Shown here piece after piece: positions 18,880 through 29,059 of a stretch of 32,000 nt of DNA. The DNA is from Sulfolobus acidocaldarius DSM 639 (lineage in GTDB: Archaea > Thermoproteota > Thermoprotei_A > Sulfolobales > Sulfolobaceae), in assembly GCF_000012285.1 (NCBI RefSeq), contig NC_007181.1, positions 360,001-392,000 on the forward strand, written 5' to 3'. The notes beneath the pieces are model-generated. The model did no database searches, was not told where the DNA came from, and worked only from the letters and a program-made list of their open reading frames with translations. The position numbers and the translations under genes are program-made. Each line of letters begins with the position of its first letter. Position 1 is the stretch's first letter.

Positions 18880-19767
18880 TTGAGTGATAATCCTTTCAGA
18901 ATGTCTTCTCCCCAGCAACCCACAAAACAACCCAGAGACCTAAGAAAGGTACAGCCACAAGCACCACAAGCAGTAGATATGAAGCTACAGCTTAGAATGA
19001 AGAGGGTTAAGTATAAGATAGCTATTCTTAGTGGAAAAGGCGGTGTAGGAAAATCATTTGTATCGTCAAATTTAGCTATGGCGATAGCAGCTAGCGGAAG
19101 AAAAGTAGGCATAGTCGATGTAGACTTTCACGGTCCATCAGTACCTAAAATGCTAGGAGTTAGAGGACAGTATTTAACTGCAGATGATAATGGAATTAAT
19201 CCAGTTACCGGACCATTCAACATAAAAGTAGTTTCCATTGATTTCCTCTTACCTAAAGACGATACGCCTGTAGTTTGGAGAGGGGCTATAAAACATACTG
19301 CAATTAGACAGTTTTTGGGAGATGTAAATTGGGGAGAACTAGATTACCTATTTATTGATATGCCACCGGGGACAGGAGACGAAGCATTATCAATAGCCCA
19401 ATTAATACCAAACCTTACAGGGATGGTCATAGTTACAATTCCGTCGGAAGTGTCAACACTAGCTGTCAAGAGATCTATAAATTTCGCAAAGACTGTAAAT
19501 GCAAAGATTATAGGCGTAGTTGAAAACATGAGTCATTTCGTTTGCCCAGACTCCGGTAAGACTTACTTCATTTTTGGTGAAGGAAGAGGCAAGAAAATGG
19601 CAGATGAAATGGGAGTACCATTATTAGGTCAGGTACCATTAGATCCAATCATAGCTAAGGCTAACGATATGGGTGAACCATTCTTCGTAAAATATCCTGA
19701 GAGTCCTACTTCAAAAGAATTTATGAGTATAGCTCAAAAAATTATAAATAACGTAGAAGTAAATTAG
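18880..19767 (+). CDS. Mrp/NBP35-family Fe-S cluster carrier ATPase
   Basis: AILSGKGGVGKSFVSSNLAMAIAASGRKVGIVDVDFHGPSVPKMLG; DYLFIDMPPGTGDEALSIAQL. Confidence 0.9.
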   Translation: MSDNPFRMSSPQQPTKQPRDLRKVQPQAPQAVDMKLQLRMKRVKYKIAILSGKGGVGKSFVSSNLAMAIAASGRKVGIVDVDFHGPSVPKMLGVRGQYLTADDNGINPVTGPFNIKVVSIDFLLPKDDTPVVWRGAIKHTAIRQFLGDVNWGELDYLFIDMPPGTGDEALSIAQLIPNLTGMVIVTIPSEVSTLAVKRSINFAKTVNAKIIGVVENMSHFVCPDSGKTYFIFGEGRGKKMADEMGVPLLGQVPLDPIIAKANDMGEPFFVKYPESPTSKEFMSIAQKIINNVEVN

Positions 19768-19988
19768 ATTTTAAATAAAAACTTCTTCTTTTCATAATCT
19801 GGTTCCTTTTTGATTTTTCCTTCTCTAACCAAATCCGCTAATATTTCTCTGAATTCTACCATATTAAATTGTATTCCTTTCTCCATGAGGATATCTCGAA
19901 TTTGGGTGGAGGTAATACCCTGTCTGTTCTCTTCAATAATCTTTAGGATTTCTGCCTTTAAATCTTCCTTTCCCATTGCATAATACAA
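19764..19988 (-). CDS. Small winged-helix protein, 74 aa
   Basis: ILKIIEENRQGITSTQIRDILMEKGIQFNMVEFREILADLVREGKIKKEPD resembles a wHTH domain. Confidence 0.6.
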   Translation of the reverse strand: MYYAMGKEDLKAEILKIIEENRQGITSTQIRDILMEKGIQFNMVEFREILADLVREGKIKKEPDYEKKKFLFKI

Positions 19989-20077
19989 TTAGTTTTAAAA
20001 GATAAAAAGTATAAAGACAGTAGTAGTAAGATTTAAAAAAACATACTAAGATATAAATTAACAAAGGCGAGATTAAA

Positions 20078-20428
20078 ATGAGTATTGAAATTACTGAAAA
20101 ATATGTAATTTTAAAAAGATTCTTATCAGTAGCCTATGGTCTTTCTGAATCAGAAATAGACACATTTCTAAGGATACTTGAAAGCAAAGAAGGTAAGGAT
20201 ATTGATGCAATATCTGCAGAACTAAAAATTAGTAAAAGTAGAACAAGCATAATATTAAAGAAGCTTTCAGATGCAGGATTAGTTGATAAGGAAAAAGGAG
20301 ATAACATGAAGGGAGGAAGACCCAAGTACGTGTATAGTGTAAATAAAGAAGAACTGAAAAATAGATTAATAGCTAAGTCTGAGGAATTATGCAAAGAATT
20401 AAACCAAGTTATTAAGTCTTTTATTTAA
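20078..20428 (+). CDS. Winged-HTH transcriptional regulator, 116 aa
   Basis: [47 protein letters not shown]: HTH with wing and GRPKYVY. Confidence 0.75.
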   Translation: MSIEITEKYVILKRFLSVAYGLSESEIDTFLRILESKEGKDIDAISAELKISKSRTSIILKKLSDAGLVDKEKGDNMKGGRPKYVYSVNKEELKNRLIAKSEELCKELNQVIKSFI

Positions 20429-21127
20429 ATACTCCTTCAAAAAAGGAGTGTCCTCTATCTTTTCTTTCGTTAAGTATTCTATGTAAATACCCTTTGGTTT
20501 TTCTCTTTTATTTGTTGTATATACTACTTTGGTGGGCGTCACTATAATATCGACAGGAACGTCAAATACCTCAGTTGGAATTTCATCAACTATCTGAATA
20601 TCATGGATAGTTGTTACCACTGGAGTTGTTTCATCAATCTTTCCAATTTCCCTCAGTATAGCATATTCCAGCTCACTATAGCCTTCACCCTTTCCAACCC
20701 TATCTCCTCTTGAGGTTAAAGCCACTGAGCCTACTACTACAAGATCTACTTTGGGTATAGAATATATGTCTACTAACTCCCCTAAGTATATAAAACCTGA
20801 TATGGTTGAGGCTTTCTTATAATCACTGATTTTCGACGGATCCAAAAGATAGAAACCGCCCTTCAGTCTCGGTGTAGGTACTAGCACAGTTTTACCGTCA
20901 ATTAAAGCAAATTCTCTCACCCATCTTTGAGGAGAATCAGGATTTACCTTGAGTACTTTGGCTTTCCTGTATTCTACTATCTCTCTTAGTCTCAGCGCAG
21001 CCTCTTTAGATCCCTTGAAATTAGGAATTCTACCGAAAACAGGTCTCGGGAAAGATGCGATGTTCTTATCCTCCAGTAAACTCCAAATTTTCTCTCTTAT
21101 TTCAGCCTTAGATAAAATAATGAACAC
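20399..21127 (-). CDS. 5-formyltetrahydrofolate cyclo-ligase family protein
   Basis: [13 protein letters not shown]..., [33 protein letters not shown] typical of the MTHFS/5-FCL family. Confidence 0.8.
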   Translation of the reverse strand: MFIILSKAEIREKIWSLLEDKNIASFPRPVFGRIPNFKGSKEAALRLREIVEYRKAKVLKVNPDSPQRWVREFALIDGKTVLVPTPRLKGGFYLLDPSKISDYKKASTISGFIYLGELVDIYSIPKVDLVVVGSVALTSRGDRVGKGEGYSELEYAILREIGKIDETTPVVTTIHDIQIVDEIPTEVFDVPVDIIVTPTKVVYTTNKREKPKGIYIEYLTKEKIEDTPFLKEYLNKRLNNLV

Positions 21128-21671
21128 CCTGATATAATATGTATGCGCCGAAAATAAGTAAAATGGTGAAGGAAAATATTTTTACATATTTTACATATCT
21201 TTGCCCTATCCTGTTTATCAGGAACGGAAAAGCTAATATCCATATTAAAATTCCTATAAAGAAACCTGGTGCTACCAGTACAGAGAATTGATTAAGCATG
21301 GAGATTCCGAATGTAAGCCACCAGCTTATTTGATAAGGATTTACTATTGCTACACTGAGACCCTTAACATAACTACCACCTGTACTAGATGATACTTGCT
21401 TTGCTCTAAGAACACTATAAGACAGGTACAACATGTACACTCCTCCTACTATGTAGAAAACAAACAGAATATTTGATGGTATAATAGACTTAAACAAGTA
21501 TGTGATCCAAAAGAATACAAAATCTGCAGTCATAGCCCCTGCGCCTACTGCGATTCCATTTAAAAATGATCTAGTAGACTCATTAGCCATCATTGCATTT
21601 ATAGGACCAGGAGGAGCAGCAATGGATAAACCCATTAAAATTCCAGTAGCAAGAGAATAAACTTCACTCAT
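21108..21671 (-). CDS. LysE-family translocator
   Basis: [44 protein letters not shown]; [19 protein letters not shown]-like NP motif. Confidence 0.8.
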   Translation of the reverse strand: MSEVYSLATGILMGLSIAAPPGPINAMMANESTRSFLNGIAVGAGAMTADFVFFWITYLFKSIIPSNILFVFYIVGGVYMLYLSYSVLRAKQVSSSTGGSYVKGLSVAIVNPYQISWWLTFGISMLNQFSVLVAPGFFIGILIWILAFPFLINRIGQRYVKYVKIFSFTILLIFGAYILYQGVHYFI

Positions 21672-21829
21672 AAATATTCTTAACCCTATTGATAACTTAA
21701 ATTTTAAAGTATATTTTGTTGTATTCTGAAAGATCTTTGGCTACACGATGTAAGAATAGATCATTCACGTGTTTAAGCGAATATGAAAGATAATTACACT
21801 TACACAATCTGATTTCAAATTTAATTCAA

Positions 21830-22318
21830 ATGAAGTTTAACAATACAAAGATTGGGAAAAAATTTATTTTAAAGAATGTAGATAGCTCAATTATGACTGA
21901 AGCATCCGTAGATGAGTTGAAAAGATTATATAATCAAGGAAAGTCCATGAAGAGTATAGCTAGAGAATTAGGAATTAGTTATACTAAAGTGAGAAATATT
22001 CTCTTAAATGCAGGAGTTAATATAAGAAAGAAGAGGATTAATGAGCAGGAAGTGGTCGAGCTAGCTAAACAAGGTCATAGTGCAAGATATATCAGTAAGA
22101 TGTTAAAAATAAGTGAATCTTCAGCACTACGAATACTGAAAAAGCATAACGTGGGGAGAAAAATAAAGAAGCTGAGTGATGAGGATATAAATAAAATTAA
22201 GGAAATGTATCTTAAGGGAGAATCGATCTATAGAATTGCAAAGACTCTAGGTAAGTCCACTAACCTGGTAGTATATCATTTGAAGAGATTGGGAGTGTAT
22301 AAAAGAGGTTATACATGA
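21830..22318 (+). CDS. Protein of three tandem helix-turn-helix units, 162 aa
   Basis: Repeats KRLYNQGKSMKSIARELGISYTKVRNILLNAG / VELAKQGHSARYISKMLKISESSALRILKKHN / KEMYLKGESIYRIAKTLGKSTNLVVYHLKRLG. Confidence 0.75.
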   Translation: MKFNNTKIGKKFILKNVDSSIMTEASVDELKRLYNQGKSMKSIARELGISYTKVRNILLNAGVNIRKKRINEQEVVELAKQGHSARYISKMLKISESSALRILKKHNVGRKIKKLSDEDINKIKEMYLKGESIYRIAKTLGKSTNLVVYHLKRLGVYKRGYT

Positions 22319-23454
22319 ATTCTTTTCCACATATCTCTTGCTAAATCTCCATCAAATTTGAATACGTTCACTAAATCTTTAGCCTTCTCTCTTTTTTCTC
22401 TATGTTCTTCCAGGAATGCATTTAACTTGTCTACCAAAATTTGCTTAAGTTCTCCTGTCAGCATAGCACCAGACCTATAATCTTCCTCAATCTTCCTTAT
22501 CCGCTGATCATCAGGTTCAAAGAACATGTAGAGCCACTGGAAAGCAACATCTATATCTGGATTTCCGCCATATTTCCTGTGAAGTTCCACCGTAGCTTGC
22601 CCACCAGAAAATGCATATTTCATTATTTTTCTCTCAACAGTTTTGGGATCATCCGTAAGATATATAGCAGTTTCAGGCTGCGAGGAACTCATCTTTCCTT
22701 CTGGTCCTGTAAGAGGAGGGAGGAACTTACTATGTATTTGGGCTGCCTTGAAGTACCCTAAGCTTTCAGCTATATCTCTTTGTAATCTCCAATAAGGATC
22801 TTGATCAATACCTGCAGGAATTAAACATCTCCTTTTCTCGAACATTGTGGGGACTATCTGTAAAGCAGGATAGAATATAATACCTATATTGGAGGAAGTA
22901 TCAAGTCCAAATGTAGCTCTTACTTCATTAAAAGTTAGTTTTTTAGCAATTTTTACGGACAGTGGGTACATATTTTTAATGTACTCAGTATCTTGGAATA
23001 TGAATGTTTTATTGGGATCGAACCCAACAGCTATTATATCTAATATATTCTCATATGACCACTCCTTTGTCTGATCCAATGTATAATCCACGTTCCTTAG
23101 GAATTTCTCGTCATCTGTTATTTCAATATATACATTCACCTTAAACTTCTCTTGTAACCACTTAGTAAATATGAAAGGAATCAAGTGACCGATATGCATT
23201 CCTAATGACGGTGCCCTACCAGTATATAGAAAGAAACCATTACCCTTTTCATAATCATTTAGTATCAAATCGAAGTCCCTATGTGAGAAAAATACATCTC
23301 TCCTCAACATTACGTGCAACTCGTCATTAATAGCCCTCTTTGCCCTCTCCTTGAGCTCACTAGTCATTTTCTGCGTACCAAATTGCACAATTAATTTATC
23401 ATAATCTACTTTCCCTTTAACTTCCCAAGGTGTTACAGTAAAATCTTGTGCCAT
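22309..23454 (-). CDS. trpS: Tryptophanyl-tRNA synthetase
   Basis: Class I signature APSLGMHIGHLIP and GKMSSS; GIDQDPYWRLQRDIA typical of archaeal TrpRS. Confidence 0.92.
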   Translation of the reverse strand: MAQDFTVTPWEVKGKVDYDKLIVQFGTQKMTSELKERAKRAINDELHVMLRRDVFFSHRDFDLILNDYEKGNGFFLYTGRAPSLGMHIGHLIPFIFTKWLQEKFKVNVYIEITDDEKFLRNVDYTLDQTKEWSYENILDIIAVGFDPNKTFIFQDTEYIKNMYPLSVKIAKKLTFNEVRATFGLDTSSNIGIIFYPALQIVPTMFEKRRCLIPAGIDQDPYWRLQRDIAESLGYFKAAQIHSKFLPPLTGPEGKMSSSQPETAIYLTDDPKTVERKIMKYAFSGGQATVELHRKYGGNPDIDVAFQWLYMFFEPDDQRIRKIEEDYRSGAMLTGELKQILVDKLNAFLEEHREKREKAKDLVNVFKFDGDLARDMWKRIHV

Positions 23455-23512
23455 ATAAAAGGAGTGAGAAAATTACAAATAAAAGCTTTAAAAATGGTAA
23501 GGGAGGGAAAAA

Positions 23513-24133
23513 TTAGCTCTTTTGTTGCTGTGTAATTCCTGCAGCAGGTAGAGATGGGAATTTCTCCTTCATCCTCTGTTCTGCAACTACAGAAGCTTCC
23601 TCTAATATCTGTCTTGCCTCTGGTGAATAGGTTGCACTTATACCACTTACACCGCTGAATTCACCAGCTTCAATTACTATTTCTTGTAAACCTTCACCTA
23701 GTTCACCTAACTCTATAGACAGTTCGGGCATTACGCCTTTCAACGAAGTCTTTAACTCATTAATTACACCCATTACGGGTATCAAGTTAGCAAATATATC
23801 ACCAAGCTCAGTTACAGTCTCTAGCCTTAAAGAGACTTGCTCCAATGCTATCTGGGTTGTCAATAATTGTTTTGTGATCTTCCTTATTTCTGCTAATTCG
23901 TTAGCGTACATTGCTGCCCTTGACTGGTCTTTACTCATCTGTGACTCTACAACTCTCTCAAATAATACTTTATCTCTCTCCTGCATTCTTCCTATATAAA
24001 CGTCAAGTCTACTAACCATGGATCTTACTCTATACTGAGCCTGAACAAGCCTGTACTTGAGAGGATCTTTACTCTTGGGAATCTTTACTTTTTGATTCCC
24101 CTCCCATATCTTTTGGAACTCTTTGCTTATCAT
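23513..24133 (-). CDS. cdvB1: ESCRT-III/Snf7-family cell division protein, CdvB1-like (likely start MISKEFQ; track ORF extends to 24157)
   Basis: Snf7-like helical core ([32 protein letters not shown]...[19 protein letters not shown]); ATG 24133 is 30 bp from the TATA box cttataaaa. Confidence 0.85.
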   Translation of the reverse strand: MISKEFQKIWEGNQKVKIPKSKDPLKYRLVQAQYRVRSMVSRLDVYIGRMQERDKVLFERVVESQMSKDQSRAAMYANELAEIRKITKQLLTTQIALEQVSLRLETVTELGDIFANLIPVMGVINELKTSLKGVMPELSIELGELGEGLQEIVIEAGEFSGVSGISATYSPEARQILEEASVVAEQRMKEKFPSLPAAGITQQQKS

Positions 24134-24232
24134 GGTCAATATATATATTGCGGTCATACCTCTTATAAAACAGAAGGTGCGATATTATACTACTAAAAAT
24201 TAATATAAAAGAGAAGAAGTAGAATAAAGTCA
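24134..24232. promoter_or_regulatory. Divergent promoters for cdvB1-like (-) and alaX-like (+) genes
   Basis: ttataaaa (24163-24170) at the expected distance from ATG 24133 on minus; taatataaaa (24201-24210) about 30 bp upstream of ATG 24233 on plus. Confidence 0.6.
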
Positions 24233-24937
24233 ATGAATCAAAAAATATATCTTTCTGATTGCTACGTAAAAGAATTCAGTGCAAAAATACTGAAAATCAG
24301 TCCTCAGGGAGTAGTTCTAGATAAAACTGCTTTCTATCCTGGAGGTGGAGGAGTAGAAAATGATATGGGATATTTTGTAATAGATGACAAAAAATATAAA
24401 GTAACATCTGTTAGAGAAATAGATGATGAAATATACCACGAAGTCGAGAATTCACAAGAGTTAAAAGAAGGACAGGAAATTAAGGGAGAGATTGACTGGG
24501 GAAGGCGTTATAGAATGATGAGATTACACACAGCGTCACACGTTGTCGCATCCATAGCCTTTACTAAGTATAACTCCAGGATTACCGGAGGCAATATTTC
24601 TCCTGAATATGCAAAGGACGATTTTGATATAGATGATAAAAATAAGTTAATAGAGATAATAAATGAAGCGAATCAGGTAATTAAGAAAAATATTCCGGTC
24701 AAAATTTACTTTCTAAAGCGGGACGAGGCAATGAAAATTCCTGGAATAGTGAAATTAGCCGAGAGAATGCCCCCAAATGTAGATACTTGGAGGATAGTAG
24801 AAATAGAGGGAATAGATATTCAAGCTGATGGAGGACCCCATGTCTCAAACACAAAAGAAATAGGTGAAATTAAAATTATCAAAGTCGAGAATAGAGGGAA
24901 AGGCAGAAAACGAATATACTATACTGTTTCACCTTAG
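24233..24937 (+). CDS. alaX: Alanyl-tRNA editing protein AlaX-type
   Basis: YPGGGGVENDMGYF, HTASHVVAS (HxxxH), EIEGIDIQADGGPHVSNTKEIG. Confidence 0.85.
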   Translation: MNQKIYLSDCYVKEFSAKILKISPQGVVLDKTAFYPGGGGVENDMGYFVIDDKKYKVTSVREIDDEIYHEVENSQELKEGQEIKGEIDWGRRYRMMRLHTASHVVASIAFTKYNSRITGGNISPEYAKDDFDIDDKNKLIEIINEANQVIKKNIPVKIYFLKRDEAMKIPGIVKLAERMPPNVDTWRIVEIEGIDIQADGGPHVSNTKEIGEIKIIKVENRGKGRKRIYYTVSP

Positions 24938-25016
24938 GTATTTAGTACGTTAACATTTTTTGAATTATAGTTACAATGAAGTGCTCCAACTGTTCTTCGA
25001 TCAAGAAGCTCAAAGT

Positions 25017-25448
25017 TTAGCCCCAAACATACTTGAGGCTTAAAATAAATCTTACTCCAAAACCCCCTACAATACCAATGAAATTTATTGCTGCAAGATA
25101 AATTGATGAAAGTTTCAGTGAGGAAAAAAACAGTAAAAACAGTAATTCAGTTAAATTTGAGTAATTCACAAATAAGATCACTAATCCTATAACTATGACA
25201 TATTGTACTGCTCCACCTACAAGCGAAGATACATGAAATCTCAGTAACCTACCACCAATACTACCAACTCGGCTATCCCTGAAAGTCCATATATCATTTA
25301 GAATGAAATTTGAGAGTATAGAGAATTCTATGGCAAGTGCAAGACCAACAGTAAGAGGTAAATAGTCACGGAGTAGTAGCAACACTCCCTCATTAACAAT
25401 AACACCTAGTGCACCTACTAGTGAATATTTCAGGAACCTCCCGAACAT
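25017..25448 (-). CDS. GtrA-family membrane protein
   Basis: FLKYSLVGALGVIVNEGVLLLLRD...FSILSNFILNDIWTFRDSR: GtrA-like pattern with four TM segments. Confidence 0.8.
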   Translation of the reverse strand: MFGRFLKYSLVGALGVIVNEGVLLLLRDYLPLTVGLALAIEFSILSNFILNDIWTFRDSRVGSIGGRLLRFHVSSLVGGAVQYVIVIGLVILFVNYSNLTELLFLLFFSSLKLSSIYLAAINFIGIVGGFGVRFILSLKYVWG

Positions 25449-25507
25449 ACGATAATAAAATGAACCCTGTGTTATTAAATTTTCTCACAAGTATTTTTAA
25501 CCCTTAT

Positions 25508-26461
25508 TTATTGAATACTTACTAAATCATATATCTTTTTGAATAGAACATTAGTGTTATGTTTTACAGCTACCCTCCCATAAAATTCATTTAGCCCTTT
25601 AAATCCCTCTGAATCCCTTATTTGATAACCCAATGGTCTTAGCATCTGATTAACCCTCGTGGCAGGTATAGGAAATTTAACCAAAACGAATGGTGCTACC
25701 GTTTTGTATATTTTAAAAGGGGAAGATAAACCAGATATTAGACTACTTAGATGATCCTTACTCTTTCTAAAGAAATCCCTAACTTCCTTCGCATGAAGAT
25801 TAGAAAATACATAATAGGCTATACTATTTAGCCTCCAAGGTGGAGATTTATCTTCAAGCTCCTTAGATCTCTTACCTATTGTAAAACCTATCCTTAGACC
25901 TGGTATTGCTAAAGACTTGGTAAAGGACGAAATAAAAAGTAAATTATCAAACTCACTTGCTAAATCATAGTTAGGTTCAATTAAACTAATATCGGCAAAG
26001 GACTCGTCTAGGATAAGTTTGCCCCCATTGGATAGGAAGTCAATTATCTTTTCTCTCTCTACAAAAGATCCAGTAGGATTCACAGGATTGCTTGTAATTA
26101 CACAGCTACCCTCCAAAGAGTAAATAAAAATATCGTCTGACTCCATTGCGTAATAACTTCCTGCCCTTTTGTACTCAGAATAATTAGGCTCTGGTACATT
26201 GCATGGTTCCAACAACGAAATTACTTCTGATGCTCCGTTAAAAATTCCCACAAGTGAAATGTCAACGTTATAAAGATCAGCAATGAACTCCTTTATATCT
26301 CTCAGTTGCAAAGGCGGATAATACGAATACACTTTATTCATTAATGCGTCTCTTATGAGTTCATCGATGAATTCTGGTGTACCTAGAGGATTCAGATTAA
26401 CACTGAAATCATCTATCTTAAGTGGTCTTCCATGAACCCATTCTACGCCACCATGTCTCAT
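25508..26461 (-). CDS. PLP-dependent aminotransferase, threonine-phosphate decarboxylase (CobD)/HisC-like
   Basis: DFSVNLNPLG, NPVNPTGSF, LDESFAD, SFTKSLAIPGLRIGFTIG (PLP Lys motif). Confidence 0.75.
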   Translation of the reverse strand: MRHGGVEWVHGRPLKIDDFSVNLNPLGTPEFIDELIRDALMNKVYSYYPPLQLRDIKEFIADLYNVDISLVGIFNGASEVISLLEPCNVPEPNYSEYKRAGSYYAMESDDIFIYSLEGSCVITSNPVNPTGSFVEREKIIDFLSNGGKLILDESFADISLIEPNYDLASEFDNLLFISSFTKSLAIPGLRIGFTIGKRSKELEDKSPPWRLNSIAYYVFSNLHAKEVRDFFRKSKDHLSSLISGLSSPFKIYKTVAPFVLVKFPIPATRVNQMLRPLGYQIRDSEGFKGLNEFYGRVAVKHNTNVLFKKIYDLVSIQ

Positions 26462-27045
26462 AAGTCTCTCTCCCTTAGAAATGCCTCAATTATATTTCTC
26501 TCTGCCCTTCTAATAATTTCAGCAAGTGTAGATGTACTAATGTTTAATTTCTTTGATAACTCATTCAGCCTAATTCTTCTGGGAAAGTCAAAGTACCCTA
26601 ACTCTAGTGCGATCTTCAGAATTTGCTCCTGTCTTCCTGTAATTATTGAAGATGGTTTAGCCTTTAGAACCTTGAGAATTTTAACGTCTATCTTACTATC
26701 GATAAAGTCTCTTAACAATTTTCTTAATTCTGTGTATCCGTTAAGAACTACAACCCATACGACAGAGTCATTACTTACTGTCCCATTAATTATAGAGTAA
26801 TTACCTAAGACTCTTATAACTCCACTAGATCTTACTTTGATGATTCCCATATAAGTATCCTTAGATACCTTTGAAAAGGACTCCTTATATGTATCTGGAA
26901 GGTTCCCCTTGAGTTCTATTAAAAGTCTGAATGTAGAGAAATTTTCCTCAGGTTTGATATCTAGAATCGTAAAGGAATTTCTTGTCCAATCCATATTTGT
27001 TATCCATTCATCAAGAGGAGTAAGAAGCGTTACGTATAATAGCAT
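26458..27045 (-). CDS. HTH_10 (bacterio-opsin activator-like) regulator
   Basis: C-terminal LTGRQEQILKIALELGYFDFPRRIRLNELSKKLNISTSTLAEIIRRAERNII pattern (here IITGRQEQ...). Confidence 0.85.
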   Translation of the reverse strand: MLLYVTLLTPLDEWITNMDWTRNSFTILDIKPEENFSTFRLLIELKGNLPDTYKESFSKVSKDTYMGIIKVRSSGVIRVLGNYSIINGTVSNDSVVWVVVLNGYTELRKLLRDFIDSKIDVKILKVLKAKPSSIITGRQEQILKIALELGYFDFPRRIRLNELSKKLNISTSTLAEIIRRAERNIIEAFLRERDL

Positions 27046-27054
27046 CCCGAATAG

Positions 27055-27423
<369 letters not shown>

Positions 27424-27672
27424 GAAGTTAAGAATTTTATTTTTCCAACCTTATTTTAATATTAAAATTTCTAGAATTGTCTTGAATTAAGCTATAGGCT
27501 TATATCGAGAATTATAAACAAAAATAGAAGACAAAGAGCTATATTTTATACACACAATTTGTTAAATCACATTAATCTAGATATAACATCCTTTCTTATT
27601 TTTCTAGTTCTAGAATATTAGACATAAAATCGGCAATTAGTGATGTCACTCTAGTTAAAAATACATAAAAAG

Positions 27673-27747
27673 GGCTCGGGCCGGGACTTGAACCCGGGAC
27701 CTATGGGTCCACAGCCCATCGCTCTAACCAGGCTGAGCTACCCGAGC
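27673..27747 (-). tRNA. tRNA-His (anticodon GTG), no encoded CCA
   Basis: Minus-strand GCTCGGG TA GCTC...GAGC G ATGGG CTGTGGA CCCAT AGGTC CCGGG TTCAAGT CCCGG CCCGAGC C; G at position -1 (27748) opposite C73, the His identity pair. Confidence 0.97.
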
Positions 27748-27786
27748 CAAACTACAAGACAATAGATTCATGCAAAGAATTTAAAC

Positions 27787-29016
27787 TTAAACCTTTCTAC
27801 TTACTTCGTATTTAACGATATCTAACAATTCTCTAGCTATAATTGTCTTATAGTTCTTTTCTAGCTTCCTAACGAAAGAATTTCCTATAACTATTACCTC
27901 ATTATATTCTGAGGAAAAGCCTATGTCCTTTCTCTTCACGTTATTTGCAACTATTATATCAAATTTATGCCTTTCTTTTTTCATCTTTGCCTTCTCGATC
28001 AGCTCCTCATCACTATTTACGGTTTCAGCAGAAAATCCCACTAGTAGTGGGCGATAGATTGACAATTTTGAGGAAATTTTAGGAGTCGTCTCTAATTCAA
28101 CTTTAGGAACTTCTGAATGGCTATCTATTTTACTTGAAGCAGTATTCTTGGGCTTAAAATCAGCTGGTGCACCGGCTAATATAACTATACCATATTTCTC
28201 ATCTCTAACCAATTTTTCTACATTTTCAGCCATCTCTTGCGTAGTATCAACCCTGATTCTTTTAGTGTATGGCTTAACGCTTGAGGATAATGGACCGTGA
28301 ACTAAGATAACGTCTGCGCCCCTAAAATAGGCTTCATTAGCTATCGACACACCCATAGTACCACTACTTGAATTTGAAATAAACCTGACCGGGTCAATGT
28401 ATTCTCTAGTTGGACCGGCAGTCACCACTATTTTATATCCTTTAAGATCTTTTCCCCTGAGAAGAAAAGATGTGATATAACTAGAGAGATATTCAATATC
28501 TGGGTAATGAGCCACATCCCTGGTAATCTCTGGGCTAATTATTTCAATGCCCTGTTTGACAAGTTTTTCTATATTCTCTTTAAACTGAGGAGCCTCATAC
28601 ATTGTCAGGTGCATTGCAGGTACCAAAATAACAGGTTTCTTAATTCCAACAAAGTTCAGTGCAGTCAATGTTATAGAAGTGTCCGCTATTCCGTTGGCTA
28701 ATTTAGAAATTGTATTAGCTGTAGATGGTGCTATAACTAGTGCATCGTATTCTTCAGCAAGTTCAACATGTTCTATTTCTCCTCCTACACTTACTACAGG
28801 CTCTTCCCCTGTAGCCCAATGGAACATCATGGGATTAATCAATCTAATTGAATCCTTACTCATTATGACTCTAACATTTGCTCCCCTTCTCATCAATGCT
28901 CTGACTAAATCGAGACTTTTGTAAATGGATACACTAGCTGTTACACCAACCAATATCTTTTTATTTAGTAATTCTCTAGAAACCTCTCCTATAATTTTTT
29001 TCGATGGGTGTACCAT
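27787..29016 (-). CDS. coaBC: Bifunctional phosphopantothenoylcysteine decarboxylase / phosphopantothenate-cysteine ligase
   Basis: VGVTASVSIYKSLDLVRALMRRG; VLAPAMHLTMY-type PAMH; VVTAGPTREYIDPVRFISNSSSGTMG. Confidence 0.93.
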   Translation of the reverse strand: MVHPSKKIIGEVSRELLNKKILVGVTASVSIYKSLDLVRALMRRGANVRVIMSKDSIRLINPMMFHWATGEEPVVSVGGEIEHVELAEEYDALVIAPSTANTISKLANGIADTSITLTALNFVGIKKPVILVPAMHLTMYEAPQFKENIEKLVKQGIEIISPEITRDVAHYPDIEYLSSYITSFLLRGKDLKGYKIVVTAGPTREYIDPVRFISNSSSGTMGVSIANEAYFRGADVILVHGPLSSSVKPYTKRIRVDTTQEMAENVEKLVRDEKYGIVILAGAPADFKPKNTASSKIDSHSEVPKVELETTPKISSKLSIYRPLLVGFSAETVNSDEELIEKAKMKKERHKFDIIVANNVKRKDIGFSSEYNEVIVIGNSFVRKLEKNYKTIIARELLDIVKYEVSRKV

Positions 29017-29059
29017 ATGACCAAATATAAATTTAAGTGATCACTAAAAACCTTATATT

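Noticed and set aside
21750-21805. Possible C/D sRNA upstream of the triple-HTH gene (cgatgta...ctga)
   Set aside because: C box does not match RUGAUGA and the spacing is too long.
22441-22761. Plus-strand 106-aa ORF
   Set aside because: Antisense to trpS, which is unambiguous.
26432-26800. Plus-strand 122-aa ORF
   Set aside because: Antisense to the HTH_10 regulator and start of the CobD-like gene; Ser/Leu-rich shadow frame.
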